Positions 19,951 through 28,602 of a stretch of 45,504 bases of DNA are shown here, piece after piece. This DNA comes from Candidatus Limnocylindrus sp. (GTDB lineage Bacteria > Chloroflexota > Limnocylindria > Limnocylindrales > Limnocylindraceae), in assembly GCA_040397155.1 (NCBI GenBank), contig JBBAWP010000004.1, positions 1-45,504 on the forward strand, given 5' to 3'. The translations under genes and the position numbers were made by a program. Position 1 is the stretch's first letter. Every line of letters begins with the position of its first letter. Under the pieces are notes generated by a model. It was given only the letters and a program-made list of their open reading frames with translations, searched no databases and was not told the DNA's origin.

Positions 19951-22671
19951 GTGGTGTTCGGCTTCCTCTCACGTCTTGTTGACTCCAATGACCGCGAGCT
20001 GAAACGGCTCGCGCCAATCCTCGACGCCGTCAACGCGCGAGCCGACGAGATGGAGGCGACAAGCGCCGAAGAGATCCGCGGGCGCATGGAGGCGATCGCG
20101 GCAGACGTGCGAGCGCGAAGTGGCGACGATCAGAAGCAGCGACTTGAAGAGGTGCTCCCGGAGATCCTGGCCGCCGCTCGCGAGGCGGCGAAGCGCACAA
20201 TCGGTCTACGCCCGTACGACGTGCAGATCCTTGGCGCAATCGTCCTTCACCAGGGAAAGATTCCGGAGATGCGCACCGGCGAAGGGAAGACGCTCGTCGC
20301 GCCGCTCGCCGCCGCCGCAAACGCCCTTACAGGCGACGGCGTGCACGTCATCACCGTCAACGACTACCTGGCGCGGCGCGACGCGCAGTGGATGGGCCCA
20401 CTCTTCTCCTTCCTCGGCATCTCGCTCGGCGTCATCACCCACGACGCCTCGTATCTCTACGACGCTGAGTTCAGCAGCGGCGAAGAGCGCACCGCGCGCC
20501 TGCGCCCCGTCACACGCAGGGAGGCGTACGCCGCCGACGTCACCTACGGCACGAACAACGAGTTCGGCTTCGACTACCTGCGAGACAACATGGTCACCGA
20601 ACTCGAAGCTCGGGCGCAGCGTGGTCACGCCTTTGCGATCGTGGACGAGGTCGACAACATCCTCATTGACGAGGCCAGGACGCCACTCATCATTAGTGGC
20701 CAGGCCGCCGAATCGCAGGACCTCTATCAAGTCTTCGCAAAACTTGTCCCTCGCCTCAAGGAGCGTCCGGCTGGCGCGCTTGAAGGCGGTGACTATTTTG
20801 TTGACGCGAAAGATAAGGCGGTTTCATCAACCGAAGAGGGTGTCTCGAAGATTGAGAAGGCGCTCGGCGTAGAGAACCTCTACAGCGGCGACCCGCTGAT
20901 GGCCCGACACTTTGAGTCTGCACTTCGCGCACACGCACTCTTCAAGCGCGACCGTGACTACATCATTGAAGACGGTGAGATTGTCATCGTGGACGAATTC
21001 ACGGGACGCAAGATGCCAGGCCGCCGCTGGTCCGAAGGACTCCATCAAGCGGTTGAGGCGAAAGAGGGGCTCCGCGTCCAGCGCGAATCGGTCACGATGG
21101 CAACGATCACCTTCCAGAACTACTTCCGTCTCTACAAGAAGCTCGCCGGAATGACGGGTACGGCCATGACAGAGGCGGAAGAGTTCAGCAAGATCTACAG
21201 CCTTGATGTGACATCTATTCCAACGCATCGCCCAATGGTTCGCGTGGATGAGCCCGATCTTGTCTACCGCACCGTTCGCGCAAAAGATGCGGCGATCGTT
21301 GCGCACATCAAGGAGCGGAGCGCGGCTGGCCAGCCGGTGCTCGTTGGCACTACGTCTGTTGAACGCTCAGAGCACCTCGCCGCAATGTTGAAACGCGAAG
21401 GTGTCGCGCACAACGTCTTGAACGCAAAGCAGCATGAACGCGAAGCGCCAGTGGTTGCGCAGGCGGGGCGGCCGGGAACTGTCACGATCGCCACCAACAT
21501 GGCCGGTCGCGGAACTGACATCAAACTCGGAGGAGACCCTGTCGGTCTCGCCTCCGAAGCCCTGCGCGTCAAAGGCTTGAATCCCGCCGAAGTTGATCCA
21601 GAGATCTACGCCGCGGCACTCGCCGACGCAGAGCGCGCATGCGCATCCGAGCGCGAAGTGGTGCTTGCAGCGGGCGGATTGCGCATTGTTGGCACCGAGC
21701 GACACGAGTCTCGCCGTATTGACAACCAGTTGCGGGGACGAGCGGGACGACAGGGCGACCCAGGCTCCTCGCGCTTCTATCTCTCCCTTGAAGACGACCT
21801 GATGAAGCGCTTCGCTGGTGAGCGCGTCGTTGGCCTGATGGATCGACTCGGCTTTGACGAGAGTCAGGCGCTTGAATCCGCAATGGTGAGTCGCACCATT
21901 GAGGGGGCGCAGACGCGCGTTGAGGGGTACAACTTTGATATCCGAAAGCGCGTCGTAGAGTTTGACGACGTCATCAACATGCAGCGTGCCACGGTCTATG
22001 GCGAGCGCGATCGTGTCCTGCGCGGCGAAAACCTCACCCTCACCATCCAGGATGCGCTGCACGGTGAAGTGCGCGCACTCGCCGTCACCCACTGTCCACC
22101 GGGCCTCACTGGTGAGTGGAACCGCAGCGCGCTTGCCACCGAACTGAAGCGCCTCGGCATTGAGCCGCCTGCATCGCTCGACACCCTTGTTGAAGACTCA
22201 CTCTTGTATGAGGCAGTGGACGCCGCAGCGGATGCTGCACTTGAAAAGAAGGCGGTCGAGGTTGGTGAAGAGCTCTGGCCGCGTGTGGAACGCGCCGTCA
22301 TCCTGCGCAGCATTGACCAGCTCTGGGTGGAGCACCTTACTGAAGTTGATGATCTTCGCCGCGGGATCGGGCTGCGTGGGCATGCACAGGTTGACCCGCT
22401 CAACGCCTTCAAGATTGAGGCGTTCAAACTGTACGAGGAGTTCCAGTCGCTCATTCGCGTCAGCATCGGTCGTGCCGTCCTGCGCGTCAGCCTGGTGCAA
22501 GAGAAGCGCGCACCTGCTCCCGTAGCGGTGAAGACCGTTGGTGGCAGCTCCGAGGTGGCAAGCGCCACTCCCCCCGCATCCGCTGCGGCAACCGCCGCAC
22601 TGAAGGCGGGTCGAAACGATGCCTGTCCGTGTGGCTCGGGGAAGAAGTTCAAGAAGTGCCACGGGGCATAG
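19951..22671 (+). CDS. secA: Preprotein translocase ATPase SecA
   Basis: The 906-aa ORF carries MRTGEGKTLVA (Walker A), DEVDNILIDEARTPLIISG, TNMAGRGTDIKLGG and the C-terminal zinc motif CPCGSGKKFKKCHG. Confidence 0.97.
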   Translation: MVFGFLSRLVDSNDRELKRLAPILDAVNARADEMEATSAEEIRGRMEAIAADVRARSGDDQKQRLEEVLPEILAAAREAAKRTIGLRPYDVQILGAIVLHQGKIPEMRTGEGKTLVAPLAAAANALTGDGVHVITVNDYLARRDAQWMGPLFSFLGISLGVITHDASYLYDAEFSSGEERTARLRPVTRREAYAADVTYGTNNEFGFDYLRDNMVTELEARAQRGHAFAIVDEVDNILIDEARTPLIISGQAAESQDLYQVFAKLVPRLKERPAGALEGGDYFVDAKDKAVSSTEEGVSKIEKALGVENLYSGDPLMARHFESALRAHALFKRDRDYIIEDGEIVIVDEFTGRKMPGRRWSEGLHQAVEAKEGLRVQRESVTMATITFQNYFRLYKKLAGMTGTAMTEAEEFSKIYSLDVTSIPTHRPMVRVDEPDLVYRTVRAKDAAIVAHIKERSAAGQPVLVGTTSVERSEHLAAMLKREGVAHNVLNAKQHEREAPVVAQAGRPGTVTIATNMAGRGTDIKLGGDPVGLASEALRVKGLNPAEVDPEIYAAALADAERACASEREVVLAAGGLRIVGTERHESRRIDNQLRGRAGRQGDPGSSRFYLSLEDDLMKRFAGERVVGLMDRLGFDESQALESAMVSRTIEGAQTRVEGYNFDIRKRVVEFDDVINMQRATVYGERDRVLRGENLTLTIQDALHGEVRALAVTHCPPGLTGEWNRSALATELKRLGIEPPASLDTLVEDSLLYEAVDAAADAALEKKAVEVGEELWPRVERAVILRSIDQLWVEHLTEVDDLRRGIGLRGHAQVDPLNAFKIEAFKLYEEFQSLIRVSIGRAVLRVSLVQEKRAPAPVAVKTVGGSSEVASATPPASAAATAALKAGRNDACPCGSGKKFKKCHGA

Positions 22672-22744
22672 CCCCTGCTACGATCGCGAACGTGAAGCAG
22701 CAAAACCCCGTCGTCGCCTTCGTGCGACCGAGTGAGCGCCCCCG

Positions 22745-23876
22745 GTGAGCGTCGACGCCGCCGGCCTGCGCGACCTGCTCGGACGTATCGAGGCAACGTC
22801 GGGGCGTCTTTGACCCAGCCGTAAAGGGGGCGCGTCTCGCCGAGATTGAGACGCAGATGCTCGCTCCAGGCTTCTGGGACGACCAGCGCACCGCCCGTCG
22901 ACTCGCCCGTGAAGCGGAAGGCCTGCGCGAAGAGATCACGCGCTGGCAGCAGCTCACCACCGCCGCGCGCGACCTCGGCGAGCTCTTCGAGCTTGCAACC
23001 TCCGAAGGTGATGAGGCGCTTCTCGCCGAAGTCTCAGAGAAGAGTGCCCGGGTAGAACAGGACTTCCAACAGGCACGCACCTCCCTCCTCTTCGCGGGCG
23101 AATACGCAGATGCAGATGCGATCGTCACCCTCCAGGCCGGTGCAGGCGGAACCGAAGCGTGCGACTGGACCGCCATGCTCCTTCGCGCGTACATGCGGTG
23201 GGCGGAGCGTCACGGATTTGCACACGAGATTGTTGACTTCACCGAAGGCGAAGGTGCCGGATACCGTAGCGTTGCCCTTGAGATTCGTGGTCGCAATGTG
23301 TTCGGTTGGCTGCGCGCAGAACGTGGCGTGCACCGGATGGTGCGCATCTCTCCATTTGATGGACAGAAGCGACGACAGACCACCTTCGCCATGTTTGAAG
23401 TGATCCCAGAGGTTGAGGATGATCAAGACGTGGTGTTGAATTGGGACGAGATTCGCGTCGACACCTTCCGCTCCAGTGGCGCGGGCGGTCAACACGTCAA
23501 CAAGACTGAGTCGGCGGTTCGCCTCACGCACCTTCCCACCAACATCGCCGTGTCAAGCCAGAATCAGCGCTCGCAGATGCAGAACCGCGAGACAGCGGAG
23601 AAGATGCTGCGAGGCAAGTTGATCGAACTGAAGATTCGTGCGCGCGAAGATGAGCTCGCGCGCGTGCGTGGCGAGACTGTGGTCGCTGGCTGGGGGAGCC
23701 AGATTCGCAGCTACGTCTTCCATCCGTATCAGATGGTGAAAGATCACCGCAGTGGACATCAGACCGCAGATACCACTGGTGTGATGGACGGCGACTTTGA
23801 CCCCTTCATCCTTGCGGAACTTGAACGGTTGGCGATCGGCGCACCTGTGGCAGCGGCGGGGCCAGACGATGAGTAA
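22745..23876 (+). CDS. prfB: Peptide chain release factor 2, requires programmed +1 frameshift (22745..22810 joined to 22812..23876)
   Basis: Frame 0 from GTG 22745 reads MSVDAAGLRDLLGRIEATSGRL and then TGA. After a +1 shift it continues DPAVKGARLAEIETQMLAPGFWDDQ.... It has the SPF motif (RISPFD) and the GGQ motif (SGAGGQHVNKTESAVRLTHLPT). The tracked ORF 22857..23876 is only the downstream part. Confidence 0.9.
22801..22814 (+). promoter_or_regulatory. RF2 autoregulatory +1 frameshift site
   Basis: The site reads GGGG CGT CTT TGA C. It has a Shine-Dalgarno-like G-run, a 3-nt spacer and then the CTT TGA C slippery/stop context, the same layout as the E. coli prfB site. Confidence 0.85.
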
Positions 23877-24615
23877 CCTAGAGCCCATGAACACTGATGG
23901 CGCTGCAGAGCTTCTGGCAGTTGAGCCGGTCGTTACGCTGCGAGATGTCCGCGTTCAATACCCGAGTGGACACACCGCACTCGCGGGCGTCAGCCTCACG
24001 ATCAACCCTGGTGAGTTCGCCTTCCTTGTTGGGCCTTCTGGCGCGGGGAAGTCTTCGCTGATCGGCCTCCTCGTGCGCGACGTGATCCCCCTCTCTGGTG
24101 AGGTGCATGTTGCGGGACACGCGGTACACACCCTTCAACCGAGCGAAGTCCCCTACCTGCGTCGACGTGTTGGCGTGGTCTTCCAAGACTTCCGACTCCT
24201 TCAGCGACGCACCGTTCGCGAGAACACCGCCTTTGCGCTGGAGGTCACCGGCGCGCCACGCGAAGAGGTTGACGCCGCTGTTGAGCGCGCCCTTCGGATT
24301 GTTGGTCTCACTGCGCTCGCCGAGCGATACCCTGACGCGCTTTCGGGCGGCGAGCAGCAGCGCGCCGCAATCGCGCGCGCCATCGTTGGCAACCCTGAGC
24401 TGCTCATTGCCGATGAGCCAACCGGAAACCTCGATCCGCTCATCAGCTGGGAGATCATGGAGCTGCTCGGGCAGATCAATCAGCTTGGCGTCACCGTCCT
24501 TGTCGCAACACACGATTCAGACGTAGTCACCACACTGCGCAAGCGTGTGATCGGACTTGAGGGTGGACGCCTTATCCGCGACGAAGCGCGTGGGACATAC
24601 CATCGTGCAGGGTGA
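23869..24615 (+). CDS. ftsE: Cell-division ABC transporter ATP-binding protein FtsE
   Basis: Motifs are GPSGAGKSSL (Walker A), LSGGEQQR (signature) and LLIADEPTGNLD (Walker B). It is followed by ftsX. I chose ATG 23869, which overlaps the prfB end by 8 nt, over the tracked start at 23797. Confidence 0.9.
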   Translation: MSNLEPMNTDGAAELLAVEPVVTLRDVRVQYPSGHTALAGVSLTINPGEFAFLVGPSGAGKSSLIGLLVRDVIPLSGEVHVAGHAVHTLQPSEVPYLRRRVGVVFQDFRLLQRRTVRENTAFALEVTGAPREEVDAAVERALRIVGLTALAERYPDALSGGEQQRAAIARAIVGNPELLIADEPTGNLDPLISWEIMELLGQINQLGVTVLVATHDSDVVTTLRKRVIGLEGGRLIRDEARGTYHRAG

Positions 24616-24650
24616 GCGGGTGAGCGGGTGAGCGGTGAAGGGGGTCGTTC

Positions 24651-25562
24651 GTGAGTAGGGCACAGAACGGTCGGCTGATTCGCCTGAGCGTCTCCGCCGC
24701 GGTGAATGGTCTCTCGCGCAACAGGCTCGCCACGGTTGCCGCCACCATGACCATGACGTTGATGCTGCTCGTCCTCGCCTCAGTCCTTGTGATTCGCGCT
24801 GGGCTTGATGCTGCGCTCAGCTATGCGGACTCCAAGGTTGAGGTGGTCGCCTATCTGAAGGTCGGCGCCTCCGAAGAGCGTGCGAACTCACTTCGCAACG
24901 AGATCCTCAAGATCGACGGAGTGAAGGAGGCCACGTACATCACCGCTGATGAAGCGCTCGCTGCATTCCGTGAGCGGCTGAAGGAGCGCGGTGAGCCAGA
25001 CCTCACTGGTGAACTTGAGCAGAACCCGCTCCCCGCAAGCTTTGAGATCGCGCTGGACAGCCCAAGTGAGACGGCGAGCGTTGCAGACGCGCTCAGTCGC
25101 CTCCCCTCTGCTGCACTCTTCTCGCGCATCGTTGATGGTCGCGCCGTTGCGGAAAGTCTTGCCAGCATCACCTCGGCGCTTCGTATCGCCGGCCTTATTG
25201 TCCTGATCGGATTCTCGTTTGCCGTCCTCGCCGTGGTCGTCAACGCGATTCGACTCGCGATCCTTGCGCGAAGTGATGAGATTGCGATCATGCGCCTTGT
25301 TGGCGCAACGTCAACTTGGGTGCGACTTCCGTTCATCATTGAGGGGTTGATTATTGGTGGCGCGGGCGCGCTGATCACCCTCTTTATCTTCGGAATCCTT
25401 GGTGCTGGAATCAGCACCATCATGCTGAACCTCTTCCGTGTCCTACCGATTGAGACGTCCGGGATCTTGCTCGGAGAGGTTGCAATTACGGTGTTACTTG
25501 CTGGGTTTGGGCTCGGCGCACTCGGTGCACTACTCTCACTTCGTGGTCGACTGAGCTCATAG
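24651..25562 (+). CDS. ftsX: Cell-division permease-like protein FtsX
   Basis: The 303-aa ORF has an N-terminal TM helix, an extracytoplasmic domain and three C-terminal TM helices (FtsX architecture). It lies immediately after ftsE. Confidence 0.85.
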   Translation: MSRAQNGRLIRLSVSAAVNGLSRNRLATVAATMTMTLMLLVLASVLVIRAGLDAALSYADSKVEVVAYLKVGASEERANSLRNEILKIDGVKEATYITADEALAAFRERLKERGEPDLTGELEQNPLPASFEIALDSPSETASVADALSRLPSAALFSRIVDGRAVAESLASITSALRIAGLIVLIGFSFAVLAVVVNAIRLAILARSDEIAIMRLVGATSTWVRLPFIIEGLIIGGAGALITLFIFGILGAGISTIMLNLFRVLPIETSGILLGEVAITVLLAGFGLGALGALLSLRGRLSS

Positions 25563-25598
25563 CAGCGTCAACTCGACCCATAGCGGCAAGGAGGGCGT

Positions 25599-26840
25599 GT
25601 GCAGCAACGTTTTGGTTTGAGCGGTAACGGGCGTCCTCCACTCGTGACGCGCGCAGGGGCACTCCTTCTCGCCCTGCTACTCGCTGTCGGCGCATACAAC
25701 CTTGGCTACAACAGCGGCAGTAGTGCAGCCGGCGTCACTGGCGCGTCTGGGGCGATCGATCTCTCCCGATTCAACGAGGTGCTTGACCTTGTAGAAACAC
25801 GGCACGTTGGCGACAAGACAGAAGAGGCCCTCGTTGACGGCGCCATCAAGGGGCTCGTTGAGTCACTGAATGATCCGTACTCGCAATACCTCACTGGCGA
25901 AGAGATGGATGCGCTCGTTGAGGGACTCTCTGGAAGCTTTGAAGGGATAGGCGCAGTGATTGAGAGTCGCGGTCCTTCAGGTGAAGCCTGCACCACGCTT
26001 GGTCCAGACTGCTATCTCCTTGTGGTCTCACCAATTGACGGCTCGCCTGCGAAGGCTGCAGGTGTGCAGAGTGGCGACCGCATCACGCTCGTTGACGGTC
26101 TCACCGTAGATGGTGAGACGTTGGATGAAGCGGTGCTTCGTGTTCGCGGAGCGAAGGGGACAAGCGTGGTGATCACGATTATCCGTGGTGATGCGGCCCC
26201 GCTCAATCTGACAATCATCCGTGACGTGATCACCGTCCCTGCTGTTGAACCCGAGATGCTCGAGACATCAGACGGTTCACCTGTTGGCTACCTGCGCCTT
26301 GCGGAGTTCAGTGAGGTTGCGGGTGACCAGTTTGATCAAGCGCTGCAAGAGGTGGTTGACGCAGGTGTGACACGAATCATCATTGACCTGCGAGATAACC
26401 CAGGCGGCTACCTCTCCACCGCCCTGCAAATTGCGAGCGAATTCATCGCTGATGGCGTGGTCTACATTGAAGAGACGAGTGATGGGGAGCGCGATGAAAC
26501 TTCAGCGAACGGTGGTGGTGTTGCAACGGATCCAACAATCAAGGTTGTGGTGCTGATCAATAAAGGGAGTGCGTCTGCGAGCGAGATTCTCGCTGGTGCG
26601 TTGCGCGATCGCGGCCGCGCGGTCCTCGTCGGTGAGACAACCTTTGGCAAGGGTGTGGTGCAGACGTTTATCGACCTAAAGGATGGCTCTGGCTTGAAGC
26701 TCACCATCGCGAAGTGGCTCACACCGAACGGCACCTGGGTGAACAAGGTGGGGCTCGCCCCCGACTACCCGATGCCAGCACCGGCAACTCCTGGTGGGGG
26801 TGATCCAGCCCTGAAGAAGGCCCTGGAACTCCTTAAGTAG
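25599..26840 (+). CDS. Carboxy-terminal processing protease, S41 family with PDZ domain
   Basis: It has an N-terminal TM helix and the PDZ-like segment SPIDGSPAKAAGVQSGDRITLVDG. The catalytic region includes VVLINKGSASASEILAGALRD and TFGKG. Confidence 0.88.
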   Translation: MQQRFGLSGNGRPPLVTRAGALLLALLLAVGAYNLGYNSGSSAAGVTGASGAIDLSRFNEVLDLVETRHVGDKTEEALVDGAIKGLVESLNDPYSQYLTGEEMDALVEGLSGSFEGIGAVIESRGPSGEACTTLGPDCYLLVVSPIDGSPAKAAGVQSGDRITLVDGLTVDGETLDEAVLRVRGAKGTSVVITIIRGDAAPLNLTIIRDVITVPAVEPEMLETSDGSPVGYLRLAEFSEVAGDQFDQALQEVVDAGVTRIIIDLRDNPGGYLSTALQIASEFIADGVVYIEETSDGERDETSANGGGVATDPTIKVVVLINKGSASASEILAGALRDRGRAVLVGETTFGKGVVQTFIDLKDGSGLKLTIAKWLTPNGTWVNKVGLAPDYPMPAPATPGGGDPALKKALELLK

Positions 26841-27002
26841 CGGGGGTACGGGCGGATGGGCGCCACCCCTTGCGCCTTACCCCGCTGAGCCGTATCGTCT
26901 ACGGCAGACGGAAGGAGGTGGTGTGCAGTGTCAATAGACAGTTGTACGACCGCCTCTCGTGAGGTCGGCGAATAACCGATCCCGAGAGCGGTAACGTTCT
27001 GA

Positions 27003-27038
27003 GAGGGCGCTGGCCGCAAGGTCAGCGCCCTTTCTATT
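27003..27038 (+). terminator. Candidate intrinsic terminator in the S41 protease-smpB spacer
   Basis: An 11-bp stem pairs gggcgctggcc (27005-27015) with ggtcagcgccc (27020-27030), including one G-U pair. The loop is GCAA and the stem is followed by TTTCTATT. Confidence 0.5.
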
Positions 27039-27104
27039 CACACCTGACCGCGTCTATACGCACCAGCCCGCAGGCTCGCGCCGCTCACCTAATAAGGAGG
27101 TCTC

Positions 27105-27593
27105 ATGGCTACGAAGAAGTCGCTCGTCATCGCTGACGGTACGACGCTGTCTTCGAACCGGAAGGCCACCCACGAGTACGAGATTCTCGATCGTTTTGAG
27201 GCGGGTGTGGTGCTGACGGGGACGGAGATCAAATCGATCCGCGCGGGGAAGGCAGACATCGGCGACGCCTACATTCGGCTTGAACATGGCGAGGCGCGCA
27301 TGATCGGCATGCACATTGCCGAGTGGCCCGGTGCTGCCAGCCAGCAGCACGAGCCGAAGCGGACGCGCCGACTCCTCCTCCACAAGGAAGAGATCATCTC
27401 GATCGGCACCAAGGTGAAGGTGAAGGGGCTCACGCTGATCCCGCTCCGCCTCTATTTGAGCCGCGGTCGCTGCAAGGTTGAGATTGGCCTTGGGCGAGGA
27501 AAGAAGGAGTTTGACAAGCGCAAGTCAATCGCTGACCGAGAAGGAAAACGCGAAGCGGAGCGTGAGCTCTCCGACTGGAAGCGCGGGGGCTAG
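27105..27593 (+). CDS. smpB: SsrA-binding protein SmpB
   Basis: Motifs are NRKATHEYEILDRFEAGVVLTGTEIKSIR, HEPKRTRRLLLHKEEI and GLTLIPLRLY. The strong RBS taaggagg lies upstream, and the tmRNA gene follows immediately. Confidence 0.95.
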   Translation: MATKKSLVIADGTTLSSNRKATHEYEILDRFEAGVVLTGTEIKSIRAGKADIGDAYIRLEHGEARMIGMHIAEWPGAASQQHEPKRTRRLLLHKEEIISIGTKVKVKGLTLIPLRLYLSRGRCKVEIGLGRGKKEFDKRKSIADREGKREAERELSDWKRGG

Positions 27594-27628
27594 TCGCCAC
27601 ACGCGCCAGCGTGTAGGATTCCCCCCTT

Positions 27629-28004
27629 GGGGATGCGTGGTTTCGACGGGAAGCCGCACCTTGAGAACGCGAGTCGAGGTTGCTATCAGGCCTCGTTAAA
27701 CCGGTAGCAAAAAGAAGTACCTGGCAATCGCCAGCCTGCTCTCGCCCTCGCTGCCTAAGGCAGTAAGGTGAGCGTGGAAGCGGCCCCCGCTTCGCGGGTC
27801 GTGGAAGCGTCATTAAGCGAAGCTGCAACAGTGGTGAGTGACACATAGCCACTGGTCAAGCCCAATTTAGGGGCATGTGACTCGGTTGAGGGTCGATCCG
27901 GCCTGTGGGAGCGCCTCAACTCAGACTAAACCGCAGGACACGCTCGTAGTGGTCTCTTGGCAGGCTTTTCGGACGAGGAGTTCGACTCTCCTCCATCTCC
28001 ACCA
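27629..28004 (+). ncRNA. ssrA: tmRNA (SsrA), one-piece form
   Basis: The 5' end GGGGATGCGTGGTTTCGACGGG pairs with the 3' end CATCTCC-A-CCA, including a G3-U pair. A T-arm GGAGTTCGACTCTCC lies just before the 3' end. An internal tag frame ends ...GGC AAT CGC CAG CCT GCT CTC GCC CTC GCT GCC TAA (27723-27758), giving the candidate tag GNRQPALALAA. The gene sits directly after smpB. Confidence 0.9.
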
Positions 28005-28031
28005 ACACTTGCACGAGGCGCGGGCCGCGCG

Positions 28032-28586
28032 CTACCTAATCTCCTTGATGCGCGCCTTCGCCATCGCCACAAGGAGCTTCTCGTCGATCTCCCAATCGTT
28101 CGGAATCGTGATGGTGTGCTTGAGTACGCGGTACCCCTTCAGTTTCGGTGTGAACGCATCAATCACCGCCTTACTAAAGGGGTTGATCAGCAGGTACTTC
28201 GATGAGGCCGAAGCGCCGAACACGTAGTCCTTCTCGGTGCGCAAGATTGGCTGATTCCAGGAGATCACGAGCTTCAGCTCTGGATACGCCGCGCGCAACA
28301 CCTTGAACATGCCTTTCATGGTGCGCGCCTGCTGTGGATCAATCGTCTTGAAGTAGTCCGTCGGCGTTGCGTGTCGATGTGCCGTGGTCGAGCCGCGGGT
28401 GAACATCACCAGCGCATTGGCATGCGCTTGTGAGAATCCGTAGTTCTCTCGCAGGTGTGTGATCTGCTCTGGGTAGCGCTTCCCTGCAACACTCTTCATT
28501 ACCGCAAACCAGTGTTTCATCGGTTCGCCGTAACGCTTCTCAATTGCAGGGAAGTGCGCTTCCCGTTTTGGATCTCTTGTCGGCAT
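28032..28586 (-). CDS. DUF4287-like / DUF1801-like two-domain protein (function unknown)
   Basis: The 184-aa ORF has an N-terminal FPAIEKRYGEPMKHWFAVMK...LRENYGFSQAHANALV segment that resembles DUF4287. The C-terminal half resembles YdhG/DUF1801-type domains. This is recognised by eye only. Confidence 0.6.
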   Translation of the reverse strand: MPTRDPKREAHFPAIEKRYGEPMKHWFAVMKSVAGKRYPEQITHLRENYGFSQAHANALVMFTRGSTTAHRHATPTDYFKTIDPQQARTMKGMFKVLRAAYPELKLVISWNQPILRTEKDYVFGASASSKYLLINPFSKAVIDAFTPKLKGYRVLKHTITIPNDWEIDEKLLVAMAKARIKEIR

Positions 28587-28602
28587 GGTGGCCGTTCGCT
28601 CG

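Noticed and set aside
26896-26960. SRP (4.5S) RNA was considered because of the CGGAAGGAGG string in the S41 protease-smpB spacer.
   Set aside because: The flanks do not form the helix-8 GGAA tetraloop stem or the conserved symmetric loop, so the string is better read as a Shine-Dalgarno sequence.
27430-27852. A 140-aa minus-strand ORF and other small ORFs (27478..27699+, 27877..28227+, 27957..28205+) overlap ssrA.
   Set aside because: The region folds as a canonical tmRNA (acceptor stem, T-arm, tag frame), so the ORFs are incidental.
28005-28602. A genomic island integrated at the tmRNA 3' end was considered.
   Set aside because: There is no integrase, no direct repeat of the ssrA 3' end and only one ordinary-looking gene. 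It is kept only as a low-interest note.
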